From Bdellovibrionales bacterium (GTDB lineage: Bacteria; Bdellovibrionota; Bdellovibrionia; Bdellovibrionales; UBA1609): DNA of 64,000 nt. The notes below the pieces were generated by a model, which was not told the origin of the DNA, did no database searches, and was given only the letters and a program-made list of their open reading frames with translations. The stretch spans positions 395 to 64,394 of the forward strand of contig JBFWON010000003.1 in the NCBI GenBank assembly GCA_050250515.1. Reading direction: 5' to 3'. A program made the position numbers and the translations under genes. Shown in pieces: positions 29,427 to 38,030 of the stretch (position 1 is its first letter; each line of letters begins with the position of its first letter).

Positions 29427-31576
29427 GCCGCTGGTTGTCTCTAGTATTGGCACTCACCCTGGCATTACCAGTCGGAGCGGAGCGAATCTTAACAAACACC
29501 GACATTCACCTCCGCTACATGGACACACGCCAAACGCCCTCGGGAGTGCAAGTTCACAATTTTTTTGCCACGGATATTCGCACCAATCGCGATTATGTGG
29601 TGATCGTAGCTTCGCGCGGATCGAATTGGGTTTCGATGGTGCCGCGGGAAATTCAATACAATCCCGATTTGGGTGGACGAGCGGTCGTAACGGGTCTGGC
29701 CTCTGACGACGTTCGAGATCGAATTCGCACCAAGCTAGCGCAAGAAAAGGACGGCTTTCGTCAGTGGAAACAGGACAAGTATGCAAAACCGCCAGAAATG
29801 GCCGACAATTCCCGACCGAAAAAGGACGAGAAAATTCCAAAACCTGACCTGCGCCCGGGCGACCGCCCTGGCTCCGGTCGAAGCGATGAAATCGATTTCG
29901 GCAAAATCGGTCCAGGCCAAAACGATGGGCAAACCGACTGGCAGCGCTGGAAGGCTCGCCAAACTCCTTTTGTTGTAGGTCAAACTCTAGATTCCATGGG
30001 GTGGGACGCACAGGCCCAGTACAAAGCCGAAATGGCCCAGAATGACATGATTCGCGAGCACCAGCGCATGGTCGACGCCGACCTTGCGGCTCGACTGGAG
30101 CGGCAGGGATTTGTCAATTCACAGATCAAAGCCAACATGATTGCCTCGTTACACGAGTACTTGGAAAGGCCGGCGCCAGGAGGTGTTCCGGTCGAAGACG
30201 GAATCTTGACTCGAATTGACCTCACCGAAGAAGGGCGCAGTTCGATGCGCCAGGATCTGCAAAAATTCAAGGAGGAGCACCAATGGAATCGTTTGGCCGA
30301 CCGGATTACAGGGCTTTCCAATCCATGGTCTGGTAGCCCGGCAGATCCAGCCCTACGCGGATATGCGGATCACCAAGGGATTATGAATGGCCCTGTTATT
30401 CGACCTGATTCCATACAGATCAGTGGCCGTGAATCTATGGTGCATCGAATTCGCCAAGTCGCCAACCGACTGCAAGCATTTGCCTTGCAGGACGACAGCT
30501 GGAAGTCGGGTACCTACATGGCGCGAATTGTGACGAATGCCGCATTGGCCATTCGAAGCTCCGCTTTGCTCGAGAGCATGGGAGTTAAGGATGAAGCCGA
30601 AAAACTCCTAGGCTTCGCCGAGGCCGCAACACAGTTTTTACAAGGACGCGATGAGGGCATTTTGATCGGAGTGGTACAAGGTGTGGCTGGTTTAGCCGAA
30701 CTCGTGGTGACTGGTTATGAGGCCGTCGAGTTCACAGCTAAAAATCCGCAACAAGTCGTCAAGGGACTGAAGTCCGCCGCTGAATTTTTTGGCGATCCGG
30801 AACTGGTTCGAGAAGCGACTGAGCAAATTTATACGTCGCTGACTCAGCAGGCTCCAAAAGTATTGAGCGCGGCATGGAAACGTGTGGTTCACCATGCCCT
30901 TCATGACTCCGCCCGAGATCGAGGACGAATTGCCGGCCGCGTGATAGCAGAAGTGGGCATGGCGGTGCTGGGAGCAGAGGTGGCGCAAGTCGCCAAAGGG
31001 GCTCTGAGTGTTGGCAAAGTCGCTCGCCTTGAAGTCGCCGCCGATGAATTGGCCACCGCAATACTAAAAAAGGCCGACAAGGTCGCCTATCGAAGTGAAC
31101 AACTGGCGGCAATTGGTAAAAAGACCGGGCCTTACGTGCGCGACTTGCCGGACATTCGCGAACTTGCAGCTACAATGAAAGACCCAAAGGCAGCCGAAGC
31201 GCTCCGTAGTTTTGCCAACGCATTTGAAGCGCACATTTTCAAAGGAGACCTCAAACCAGGTGATATTCTTTTTCAATCCCAGCGACTCAATCAAACTCAG
31301 CCGGGATCTTGGTTCTCTGTGATTCGTCCAACCGACTCGGTCGAAGCTGAAGAACTTTTGAACATCTTTAAGCACGGCAATTACGCTGAGAAGATGACAA
31401 CCTATGTGGTGAAGGAGCCCATCAGCATTTATGCGGGAAAAGTGGCCGGCGGCAACGGTCATCAGATAATGTTCCCGACCCATCCTGCGTTTAATCGTCC
31501 CCTTAGACTTCTAGATGTGTTAGAGGAAGTGGAAACCATAAAGCTCCCCTTCAACGGGGGACCGGTTGGTCAGTGA
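29423..31576 (+). CDS. Secreted polymorphic-toxin-like protein with C-terminal TNT/ART-like domain
   Basis: Signal peptide; pre-toxin-like hydrophobic helices (GILIGVVQGVAGLAELV, GRVIAEVGMAVLGAEV); C-terminal LKPGDILFQSQR..GSWFS..YVVKEP.SIYAGKVAGGNGHQI pattern. Confidence 0.6.
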   Translation: MSRWLSLVLALTLALPVGAERILTNTDIHLRYMDTRQTPSGVQVHNFFATDIRTNRDYVVIVASRGSNWVSMVPREIQYNPDLGGRAVVTGLASDDVRDRIRTKLAQEKDGFRQWKQDKYAKPPEMADNSRPKKDEKIPKPDLRPGDRPGSGRSDEIDFGKIGPGQNDGQTDWQRWKARQTPFVVGQTLDSMGWDAQAQYKAEMAQNDMIREHQRMVDADLAARLERQGFVNSQIKANMIASLHEYLERPAPGGVPVEDGILTRIDLTEEGRSSMRQDLQKFKEEHQWNRLADRITGLSNPWSGSPADPALRGYADHQGIMNGPVIRPDSIQISGRESMVHRIRQVANRLQAFALQDDSWKSGTYMARIVTNAALAIRSSALLESMGVKDEAEKLLGFAEAATQFLQGRDEGILIGVVQGVAGLAELVVTGYEAVEFTAKNPQQVVKGLKSAAEFFGDPELVREATEQIYTSLTQQAPKVLSAAWKRVVHHALHDSARDRGRIAGRVIAEVGMAVLGAEVAQVAKGALSVGKVARLEVAADELATAILKKADKVAYRSEQLAAIGKKTGPYVRDLPDIRELAATMKDPKAAEALRSFANAFEAHIFKGDLKPGDILFQSQRLNQTQPGSWFSVIRPTDSVEAEELLNIFKHGNYAEKMTTYVVKEPISIYAGKVAGGNGHQIMFPTHPAFNRPLRLLDVLEEVETIKLPFNGGPVGQ

Positions 31577-31962
31577 GGTCAAGTATGGGCTACCTTTTCT
31601 ATGTCAAGTATTCACCACCTTTCAATACGTCCATGGGAGCGCCCTTGATTTCCGAAGTTGAAATCGAGGGTATGGACTGGCAACCCGAGGTCTTAAAGAA
31701 ACATTATTTTCACTATGATGTCTCCGCGACTTCGGGAGAATGGGTGGCTCTCGCCCGTTACGATGTCGGAATTCAAAGGGCCAATTTTCAAATTTTCTTG
31801 TTTGATGCCAAAAATAAGAAAATCTACACTTCCAAAGTATTTGAAGCCTTCCCTGAGCGGCTAAAAATCCTCGATGCAAAGAAAGTGAGGGTTGAATATG
31901 TAACCGGGATGGAAAATCAAGAAACCGTGATTTCAGACTGGGAAGAATTGCCCAACACGTAG
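31573..31962 (+). CDS. Putative immunity protein
   Basis: 129 aa, no signal peptide, 4-bp overlap with the stop of the toxin-like gene. Confidence 0.5.
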   Translation: MRSSMGYLFYVKYSPPFNTSMGAPLISEVEIEGMDWQPEVLKKHYFHYDVSATSGEWVALARYDVGIQRANFQIFLFDAKNKKIYTSKVFEAFPERLKILDAKKVRVEYVTGMENQETVISDWEELPNT

Positions 31963-31973
31963 GCCATTGCGCG

Positions 31974-32543
31974 TCATTCAGCTTTCTCTTCCACATACCT
32001 TCGAATCGCGCCGGCCATTCGTTGAAACATGACTTCGAGGCCGAATTTCAAGAAAAATGCAGGTAGAGGAAATTTCTCGTACTTGTAGGTTCCATCAACA
32101 CCGACATCACATTTTTTCGCGGCCACTTTGAAAAACTCGAAGCTTCCCGTCATGCCGGGCAAAGGCCCTTTCAAAACGCGAAAAGCCATGGTCGGCGGAT
32201 CCTTTTTTTCATCCATCTCCATTTTCATTTCGATATGGGCCGTGAGTCCGTACGCTTTTACGTGAGCCTTTAAGATTTGCGATTGCGAGTCGAATTCCGC
32301 TCGGTCGATATAACCAGTCGAGAGTGCAGCAGCTTTCATGTCGCGGGACTTTTCGATCGTGTAGGCACAAGACCTGGCGATTTGGCCACCGCCGGAAACT
32401 TGCAAATGCCCTGTCGGCCCGGAAACGGAAACGATGATCTCGCGATTTTGAATTTTGTCATAGACACGCTCTTTCGCCCGCCAGAAAGGTGTGGCCGCGG
32501 CCTGACTCGCCAGTACAATTAGGCCCAAGACGGCCTGCAACAT
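31974..32543 (-). CDS. Secreted SRPBCC/START-like hypothetical protein
   Basis: Signal peptide; FRVLKGPLPGMTGSF plus C-terminal helix typical of the START fold. Confidence 0.6.
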   Translation of the reverse strand: MLQAVLGLIVLASQAAATPFWRAKERVYDKIQNREIIVSVSGPTGHLQVSGGGQIARSCAYTIEKSRDMKAAALSTGYIDRAEFDSQSQILKAHVKAYGLTAHIEMKMEMDEKKDPPTMAFRVLKGPLPGMTGSFEFFKVAAKKCDVGVDGTYKYEKFPLPAFFLKFGLEVMFQRMAGAIRRYVEEKAE

Positions 32544-32580
32544 CTCGACTTCCCCCCAGATTTTAAGATATACATTCTAA

Positions 32581-33132
32581 ATGCATCCCAAGTGGAAGAC
32601 AAACCTACCAACATGGTTGACCTATTCACGCGCCTTGATGGCGCCCGTCATTGTGGCCGTGTTGATGTCGGGTTGGATGTATTCCGGATATCTTGCTGCC
32701 ATTTTGTTCATTATGGGCTCGCTGACGGACTGGTTGGACGGCGCGCTCGCAAGGCGTTACAAAGTCGAGAGCAACATGGGTCGACTCATGGATCCGATTG
32801 CCGATAAAATTCTTGTCGCCGGCGCCATTGTTATGTTGCTCGCCATGGGCCGCGTAGACCCGGTGATGGTCTTTCTGTTCATCGCACGTGACACGTTTAT
32901 TGGCGGAATTCGCTCGGTCGCGGCGGCCAATAACACGATCATCAGCGCCAAACCGTTTGGTAAATGGAAAACCGCCTTCCAAATGGTGGCCATTCCCTGC
33001 CTTTTGATCTACGAGCCCTTGTTTCGCATTCCCCTTGCCGACATTGGCTATTATGGCCTTTGGGTGAGCGTCGGTCTAAGTGTAATCTCAGGCGCTGAAT
33101 ACACGCTGGGATATTACAAAGGCCGGGCCTAG
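32581..33132 (+). CDS. pgsA: CDP-diacylglycerol--glycerol-3-phosphate 3-phosphatidyltransferase
   Basis: NLPTWLT, TDWLDGALAR...G.LMDPIADK CDP-alcohol phosphotransferase motif, GKWKT. Confidence 0.96.
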   Translation: MHPKWKTNLPTWLTYSRALMAPVIVAVLMSGWMYSGYLAAILFIMGSLTDWLDGALARRYKVESNMGRLMDPIADKILVAGAIVMLLAMGRVDPVMVFLFIARDTFIGGIRSVAAANNTIISAKPFGKWKTAFQMVAIPCLLIYEPLFRIPLADIGYYGLWVSVGLSVISGAEYTLGYYKGRA

Positions 33133-33176
33133 CTGCAACGCTTCACTGGTTTACAGGACCCCCTTCCCTTGAAAGA

Positions 33177-34421
33177 TTGGGAGCTTCAAAAATGGAATAT
33201 CTAAGAAGCAACATTTGGGAGATTAAAAAATCCGGTGCGCTCAAATCTTTGGGTGCGCTGCTGGCCCTTTTTCATCTTCTGCAGTTTTACCTTTGGTATG
33301 ACGATGGGCATCTCCCGCTGAAATTTGCTCAACAGGACCTGCCGATGTGCTGGTCCCTGATGGAAAATTGTGAGTGGATCAAGTCTATCCCCTTTGGCGT
33401 CTTGCAAACCGCTTACTATGCCTATGCGTCTTTGATGGTTTTGGCGGCCTTGATATGGCTGGTCTCGGACTTTGTGGCCTTTGGCTACTACATGATGCTG
33501 ATTGGGCTGGGTTGCGGAATGGCGCTCTACTTTCAGGATTTGCGCCTTAGTTCTAACGAAGGCTATGCGATTTTCCTACTCTCTTTCGCTTTTTTACTGG
33601 TGCCATCCAAGCATAGAGTTATGCGCTGGCTGATTGTGTCTTTTTTTGCAGCCCGAGGATTGTCCCAGGCTTCGCCCGATTGGCTCAGCGGAACTTGGTA
33701 CAGAGAGCATATGAACATTCCGATCAAATTGGCTGAGTGGCTCGCCGCCTTAAGCCTTTTGGTGCAAATGATCGGAAGCGCCACCTTGCTCTTTCGTGAT
33801 GGCCGCTATTTTTGGAGCGGCTGGATTTTGCTGTTCTTGTTTCAGTGCTCGCAACTTTATATGGGCGAGTTGCTGGGCGCCTCCACCGGCCTGGGGGTTC
33901 TACTCTACGCCATGTTTGATGAATTCGAACTGCGCAAACAAGAGCGTGAGTATATCTACCAATCCTTTATTCGCCCTGAGCCTTCAGGTGTGATTGGAGT
34001 TTGCCTGCTCATTCTTTTTTGGACGGCCCAGCTGGTGCCCTATCTGCCAGTCCAAAGAGGTTCCACGGTAAAGCGAATTTTGGATGTGTGGGCCCTTCAC
34101 CCGGAGGCCGCGCACGAAGACTGTCGACAGCGTACGTTTGCCCAGTACAAACATCGAACCGAGCAAATTCAGGTCGAACCGCAAATTGCTCGACAGCCGG
34201 CCATGCTGTGCAACGTTTATATGCGCTTTTTGGACTTAAAAGCCCTGTGCAATCAAATGCGCGCCGATCCTGAGTTCATCACTTTGGCCAGTGTTCTGGA
34301 TATTCGCAGTTATCGGGATCGTAAGAGCTACCGAGCTTTCGAAGCCCGCGACTTTTGTTCCGATGGTCTGACGTTCAAAAAGATCAATGAGGTGAAATGG
34401 ACTACGACAAAAGACATGTAA
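33177..34421 (+). CDS. HTTM-like membrane protein, degenerate paralog of the N-terminal half of 14703..17057
   Basis: Shares EI..S.AL...GA.L...HLL, CW/CF...C, D.R...N, W.(S/T)G and EARDFC motifs with the 14703 protein. Likely start is ATG 33192. Confidence 0.75.
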   Translation: MGASKMEYLRSNIWEIKKSGALKSLGALLALFHLLQFYLWYDDGHLPLKFAQQDLPMCWSLMENCEWIKSIPFGVLQTAYYAYASLMVLAALIWLVSDFVAFGYYMMLIGLGCGMALYFQDLRLSSNEGYAIFLLSFAFLLVPSKHRVMRWLIVSFFAARGLSQASPDWLSGTWYREHMNIPIKLAEWLAALSLLVQMIGSATLLFRDGRYFWSGWILLFLFQCSQLYMGELLGASTGLGVLLYAMFDEFELRKQEREYIYQSFIRPEPSGVIGVCLLILFWTAQLVPYLPVQRGSTVKRILDVWALHPEAAHEDCRQRTFAQYKHRTEQIQVEPQIARQPAMLCNVYMRFLDLKALCNQMRADPEFITLASVLDIRSYRDRKSYRAFEARDFCSDGLTFKKINEVKWTTTKDM

Positions 34422-35794
34422 AGTGGTACTGGCTGTTTCTCTTCTTGGTCTATTGCGGTGCCGTGATTTACCTTCTGTTCGCGGCCAACCCATATTTGTA
34501 CTCTCATCATGAGTTGCGGGCCGCCATGAATCACTCCGATTCCATGGAACTTTTGACGATCCCGGCGGAATCGGGACAGCGCCAAAAGCTGACCGATCCC
34601 ACATTCTTTTCGCGCTTCAATTTTAGTCATTCGGCTGTGGACCCGGTCGGGAGCCCACGCAATAAGAACTATACAGAATTTAAGAAGTACCCGGTTCAGT
34701 TGAATGAAGAGAACTTCACGGTCGAAAAGATCGCGCAAGATCCCTCGGGCTTCTACCTGGCGAGCACCAGCCCCTGGATCATCAGTGTGGGTCTCACGGG
34801 CGAGGTGCGGTGGAAGTTCCGTATGCGCGACTTAGGTGAAAACCAAGCCGCTTGGGCGCCCCTTCTTGATCAGGAGACCGCCTATATTTTTCATCCTGGC
34901 GGCGAAGTGTACGGGGTGAATAAAGAAACGGGCACACTGGTTTGGACCACCCGTTTGGATGATGAAATCATCAGTCAGCCGTTTATGTGGAAGGATGAGC
35001 TTATCATTCCCGTTGAGCGTGAAAAAGGACCCATTTGGTTACGATTGCACCGCGCGGACGGTCGGGTCGCGCCGAAAAAAATTAAGCTGGATATCGCCTC
35101 ACCCTTTGAAGTCAGCCTGGGGCCCGGCGGAAAGTCACTGTTGTTCACGACCGATAACAAACTCTATTCCGTTGATCCCAATACTTGGGAAATCGTTTGG
35201 AGCCTTTCGGTCACCGACCCGATCAAAGGACCGGCGGTCGTCGCAGAATCGCAGATTTTTTTGGCCACCCTTGGCGCCAAGATCGTTAAAGTGGATGGTG
35301 GTAAAAAGGCCAAAGTCGATTGGGAAGTCGACCTGGAAAAAGCGCCGGCGAGTCCGCCCTCTTTTTTACCGGTGGTCAATCGCCTGTCGGTGCAATTGGT
35401 TGGTGGAACGCTGGTGGCCATTGACGTGAAATTGGGCAAAGTCTTATGGAGCTACAACAACGAGAACCACAATCCCCTGACCGACACTTGGTCCGTTCGA
35501 CTGAGCGCCAAGCATATTGAAGAGTTTAAGATGGATTGGCTTCATAAAGGGTGGACCATTTGGAGCGCCTGTGGGTCGCGAAAAATCTGCATTTACACCC
35601 CCAATAAAGGCCAACTGGTGGAGCGAATCGTAATGAGCGCCTCCCCCATGACCCTACCCCTCCCGGTCGAAAAGACCTGGATCAGCTTTGGCGAGATAAA
35701 GCCCGGCCAATACGAGATTTCCCACCTTCTGGAACAGTCGGAAATCAAGAAGATCTTGGCTGAGTCCGCCACGGAAACGCAAAAGCCTCAGTAA
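34397..35794 (+). CDS. PQQ-like (BamB-type) beta-propeller protein with N-terminal TM anchor
   Basis: TGEVRW, TGTLVW and GKVLW repeats; overlaps the upstream HTTM-like gene. Confidence 0.8.
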   Translation: MDYDKRHVKWYWLFLFLVYCGAVIYLLFAANPYLYSHHELRAAMNHSDSMELLTIPAESGQRQKLTDPTFFSRFNFSHSAVDPVGSPRNKNYTEFKKYPVQLNEENFTVEKIAQDPSGFYLASTSPWIISVGLTGEVRWKFRMRDLGENQAAWAPLLDQETAYIFHPGGEVYGVNKETGTLVWTTRLDDEIISQPFMWKDELIIPVEREKGPIWLRLHRADGRVAPKKIKLDIASPFEVSLGPGGKSLLFTTDNKLYSVDPNTWEIVWSLSVTDPIKGPAVVAESQIFLATLGAKIVKVDGGKKAKVDWEVDLEKAPASPPSFLPVVNRLSVQLVGGTLVAIDVKLGKVLWSYNNENHNPLTDTWSVRLSAKHIEEFKMDWLHKGWTIWSACGSRKICIYTPNKGQLVERIVMSASPMTLPLPVEKTWISFGEIKPGQYEISHLLEQSEIKKILAESATETQKPQ

Positions 35795-35823
35795 ATCAGG
35801 AACTTGGATTCCTTTTTGGGTGA

Positions 35824-35852
35824 TTGACGGACGGCTGAGGACTCGGTATGAC
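35824..35852 (+). promoter_or_regulatory. Putative sigma70 promoter of the host tRNA-Gly gene
   Basis: TTGACG-N17-TATGAC, ending 18 bp before the tRNA 5' end at 35871. Confidence 0.5.
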
Positions 35853-35870
35853 TGTGAATCTCTTTTACGC

Positions 35871-35910
35871 GCGGGAGTAGCTCAGTTGATAGAGCGTCGC
35901 CTTGCCAAGG
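35871..35910 (+). pseudogene. 5' half of the host tRNA-Gly(GCC), interrupted by the integrated element (contains the attL core 35892-35910)
   Basis: GCGGGAGTAGCTCAGTTGATAGAGCGTCGCCTTGCCAAGG followed by non-tRNA sequence. Its acceptor strand pairs with CTCCCGC of the fragment at 56025-56079. Confidence 0.9.
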
Positions 35911-36033
35911 TTTGAGTGACGAAATCGAAGGGGCGAAAAGGTCTTTGAAATTCTGAAGTTGCACACCGTTCAGTCATTGAAGTGAGTGGAAATCGAAAAC
36001 GATAATCACTGACTTGGATGACTGAAATGATGG

Positions 36034-36109
36034 GCGCGAGTAGCTCAGTTGATAGAGCGTCGCCTTGCCAAGGCGAAGGTCGCCGGTTTGAGCCCGGTCT
36101 CGCGCTCCA
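36034..36109 (+). tRNA. tRNA-Gly(GCC), complete, element-borne
   Basis: 76 nt; acceptor stem GCGCGAG/CTCGCGC; anticodon arm TCGCC-TTGCCAA-GGCGA; T-arm GCCGG-TTTGAGC-CCGGT; encoded CCA. Possible promoter TTGAAG(35977)-N18-GATAAT(36001). Confidence 0.97.
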
Positions 36110-36161
36110 ATTATTTCAATAACTTACGAGATTTTCAGTCATCCGGCCACATCGAGAATTT

Positions 36162-36449
36162 ATGAATTCATCGACAACTGAAACTTCCAAACCAAATGAT
36201 CGACGCATTGACCGCCACTATATTTGGCGGAAGCCCACTATCGTTGACCGGCATCCGGATTTTCTAGCGTATCTCGACACCAAACCGAAATATATCGACG
36301 CGCTTTACGAGCGCCGACACCGCCTTCGTCAGCTTGAATGGAATCGAATCACCACGGAAAATTCTGCGGGCAAGCCTCCAAGAAAACTAATAGACATGGA
36401 TAACCTGAAGGTGACGGCGCGCCTGACGCTGGTCACGCGCTCAGAATAG
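36162..36449 (+). CDS. Small hypothetical protein
   Basis: 95-aa ATG ORF between the tRNA and the integrase stop; no recognisable motif. Confidence 0.35.
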   Translation: MNSSTTETSKPNDRRIDRHYIWRKPTIVDRHPDFLAYLDTKPKYIDALYERRHRLRQLEWNRITTENSAGKPPRKLIDMDNLKVTARLTLVTRSE

Positions 36450-37802
36450 TTCCCTCAATTTTCGTTTAGCCTTAAGTCCCTTGAGAGCATCCATTGCTTT
36501 GTTAAACAGCGGGTCATTTGGATTTTGATCTTCGGCAATGCACGGCCACTTGGCCGCCAACACACATTCCAGGACGAAGCCATACCAGTTCTGCGGAATG
36601 CCCGCGATTCCAAGAGGCATCGCTTCTTCCCACGGGCGTTTATCCTTCACAGGCAGCCTTGCGTAGTGCGCATCCAACATCCTGCTGCTCATGTGTCCGG
36701 CTGTATCCCTGATTTCTTTTTGTGGGAGCGAAGAGTGTGAAAGCCACGTCAGCGCCGTGTGACGAAGGCAGTAGCGATTGAGTCCTTTGGCCGCCCCTCC
36801 CAAGGCATCGTCGATCACCTGTCGAAAGTATTTGGCGCCCGCCTTCGTTCCAATGGGAGAAACCTCACAGCCGGTAACGAGCAAGATGGCGTCAACAATC
36901 GGGGTTCGCGCGACAGAAATTTCCGCCACGCCGTCACGGGCGGTCTTCAATGACTTCAGTTTCCCACCAGTGAAGGTCTGATTGACGTAAATGGAACTTG
37001 GCAAAACTTTAGCGCAACATGGCTCCTGGGGTCGCCAACCAAATATCATCTGCAAAATCAGAGCGCTCCGCAGCTTCCCACCATGCCCGTCGTCTGCATG
37101 AACCAACTCCCTGATGAACTCAACAGCCTCAGTCCGCTCCAAGGGACGCTGCTTGCGGGAATCATACTCAACGCCCTCGTCCTTCAGTTGGGATTCCTGG
37201 GGAATTGTGACGTTCGTAAACAACCCATCCACGTCCTTCACGCCAATTGCCTTGGCGATTGCTTTAATATCGGTTCTCCAACCACGGAGCGTTTCGGGTG
37301 CTTTATGGTTATCTGGATTCATCCAAGACTTAAAACAGGATTCGACAATAGCTGGTGTCAGTGAGTTGCTTGTTCCTGCGTGCCGGGCCAATTCACGGCA
37401 TAGGCCCATCACGTTTGTCTTCGACGAACGGCTGACGTAACGTTGGCAATAGGACTCGCAGTAGGCTCTCAACTTTTTTCCAAGGTCGGTCTGCCCAAAA
37501 TTGAGATCGAACTCTTTTTTTCGTGACGAGTTCCGCTTCAGCGGCGACACCACCCTGGCACGAACCCATTGCTCACGCTCATGCTCCGTGGCCAACTCCG
37601 GAAGGCACTTGGTTAAGTTGTTCCACACAGCTATGGCCGCAGCTTCGGAGAACGCAATGGTCTTTGTAAATTTTCGGTTTTTGCCGCTGCGATAGAACTC
37701 AATCTCGTATCGCGTCTTTTGCTTGTCGTGGACAATGGCCAACTTCAGCCACTGGTGGGCTTTAATGATTTGCCGCCATTTTTGAGTCCGAGTCGATTTC
37801 AT
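36441..37802 (-). CDS. Tyrosine recombinase/integrase
   Basis: Catalytic pattern GWRPQE (R), LKT (K), YCLRH (HxxR variant), AGH and HYA (Y); adjacent to the att site. Confidence 0.9.
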   Translation of the reverse strand: MKSTRTQKWRQIIKAHQWLKLAIVHDKQKTRYEIEFYRSGKNRKFTKTIAFSEAAAIAVWNNLTKCLPELATEHEREQWVRARVVSPLKRNSSRKKEFDLNFGQTDLGKKLRAYCESYCQRYVSRSSKTNVMGLCRELARHAGTSNSLTPAIVESCFKSWMNPDNHKAPETLRGWRTDIKAIAKAIGVKDVDGLFTNVTIPQESQLKDEGVEYDSRKQRPLERTEAVEFIRELVHADDGHGGKLRSALILQMIFGWRPQEPCCAKVLPSSIYVNQTFTGGKLKSLKTARDGVAEISVARTPIVDAILLVTGCEVSPIGTKAGAKYFRQVIDDALGGAAKGLNRYCLRHTALTWLSHSSLPQKEIRDTAGHMSSRMLDAHYARLPVKDKRPWEEAMPLGIAGIPQNWYGFVLECVLAAKWPCIAEDQNPNDPLFNKAMDALKGLKAKRKLRELF

Positions 37803-38030
37803 ATTCCCAGCCCAAAGTCCCTATTCATAGTCTAGGACGTGCCGAAATGGCAAAGTCCCAAAAACATGAGGACCTCACAGCCCTCGCATTCTCATTTCAT
37901 CCGTCTAATCATGATAAGATTTTATCGACCTTAGTCCGCGATAACTAGTAATCCTAGAGCTTGAACGATTTCGGTATAGCCAAGACTTGGCCTCCATACC
38001 GCTATACCGTTTGCCGAAAAACAGACTTGA

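Noticed and set aside
35909..35916. GGTTTGAG right after the 5' tRNA fragment matches the tRNA T-loop, suggesting an internally deleted tRNA
   Set aside because: Only 8 bp match and no T-stem or acceptor 3' strand follows. Chance or an att-arm remnant is sufficient to explain it.
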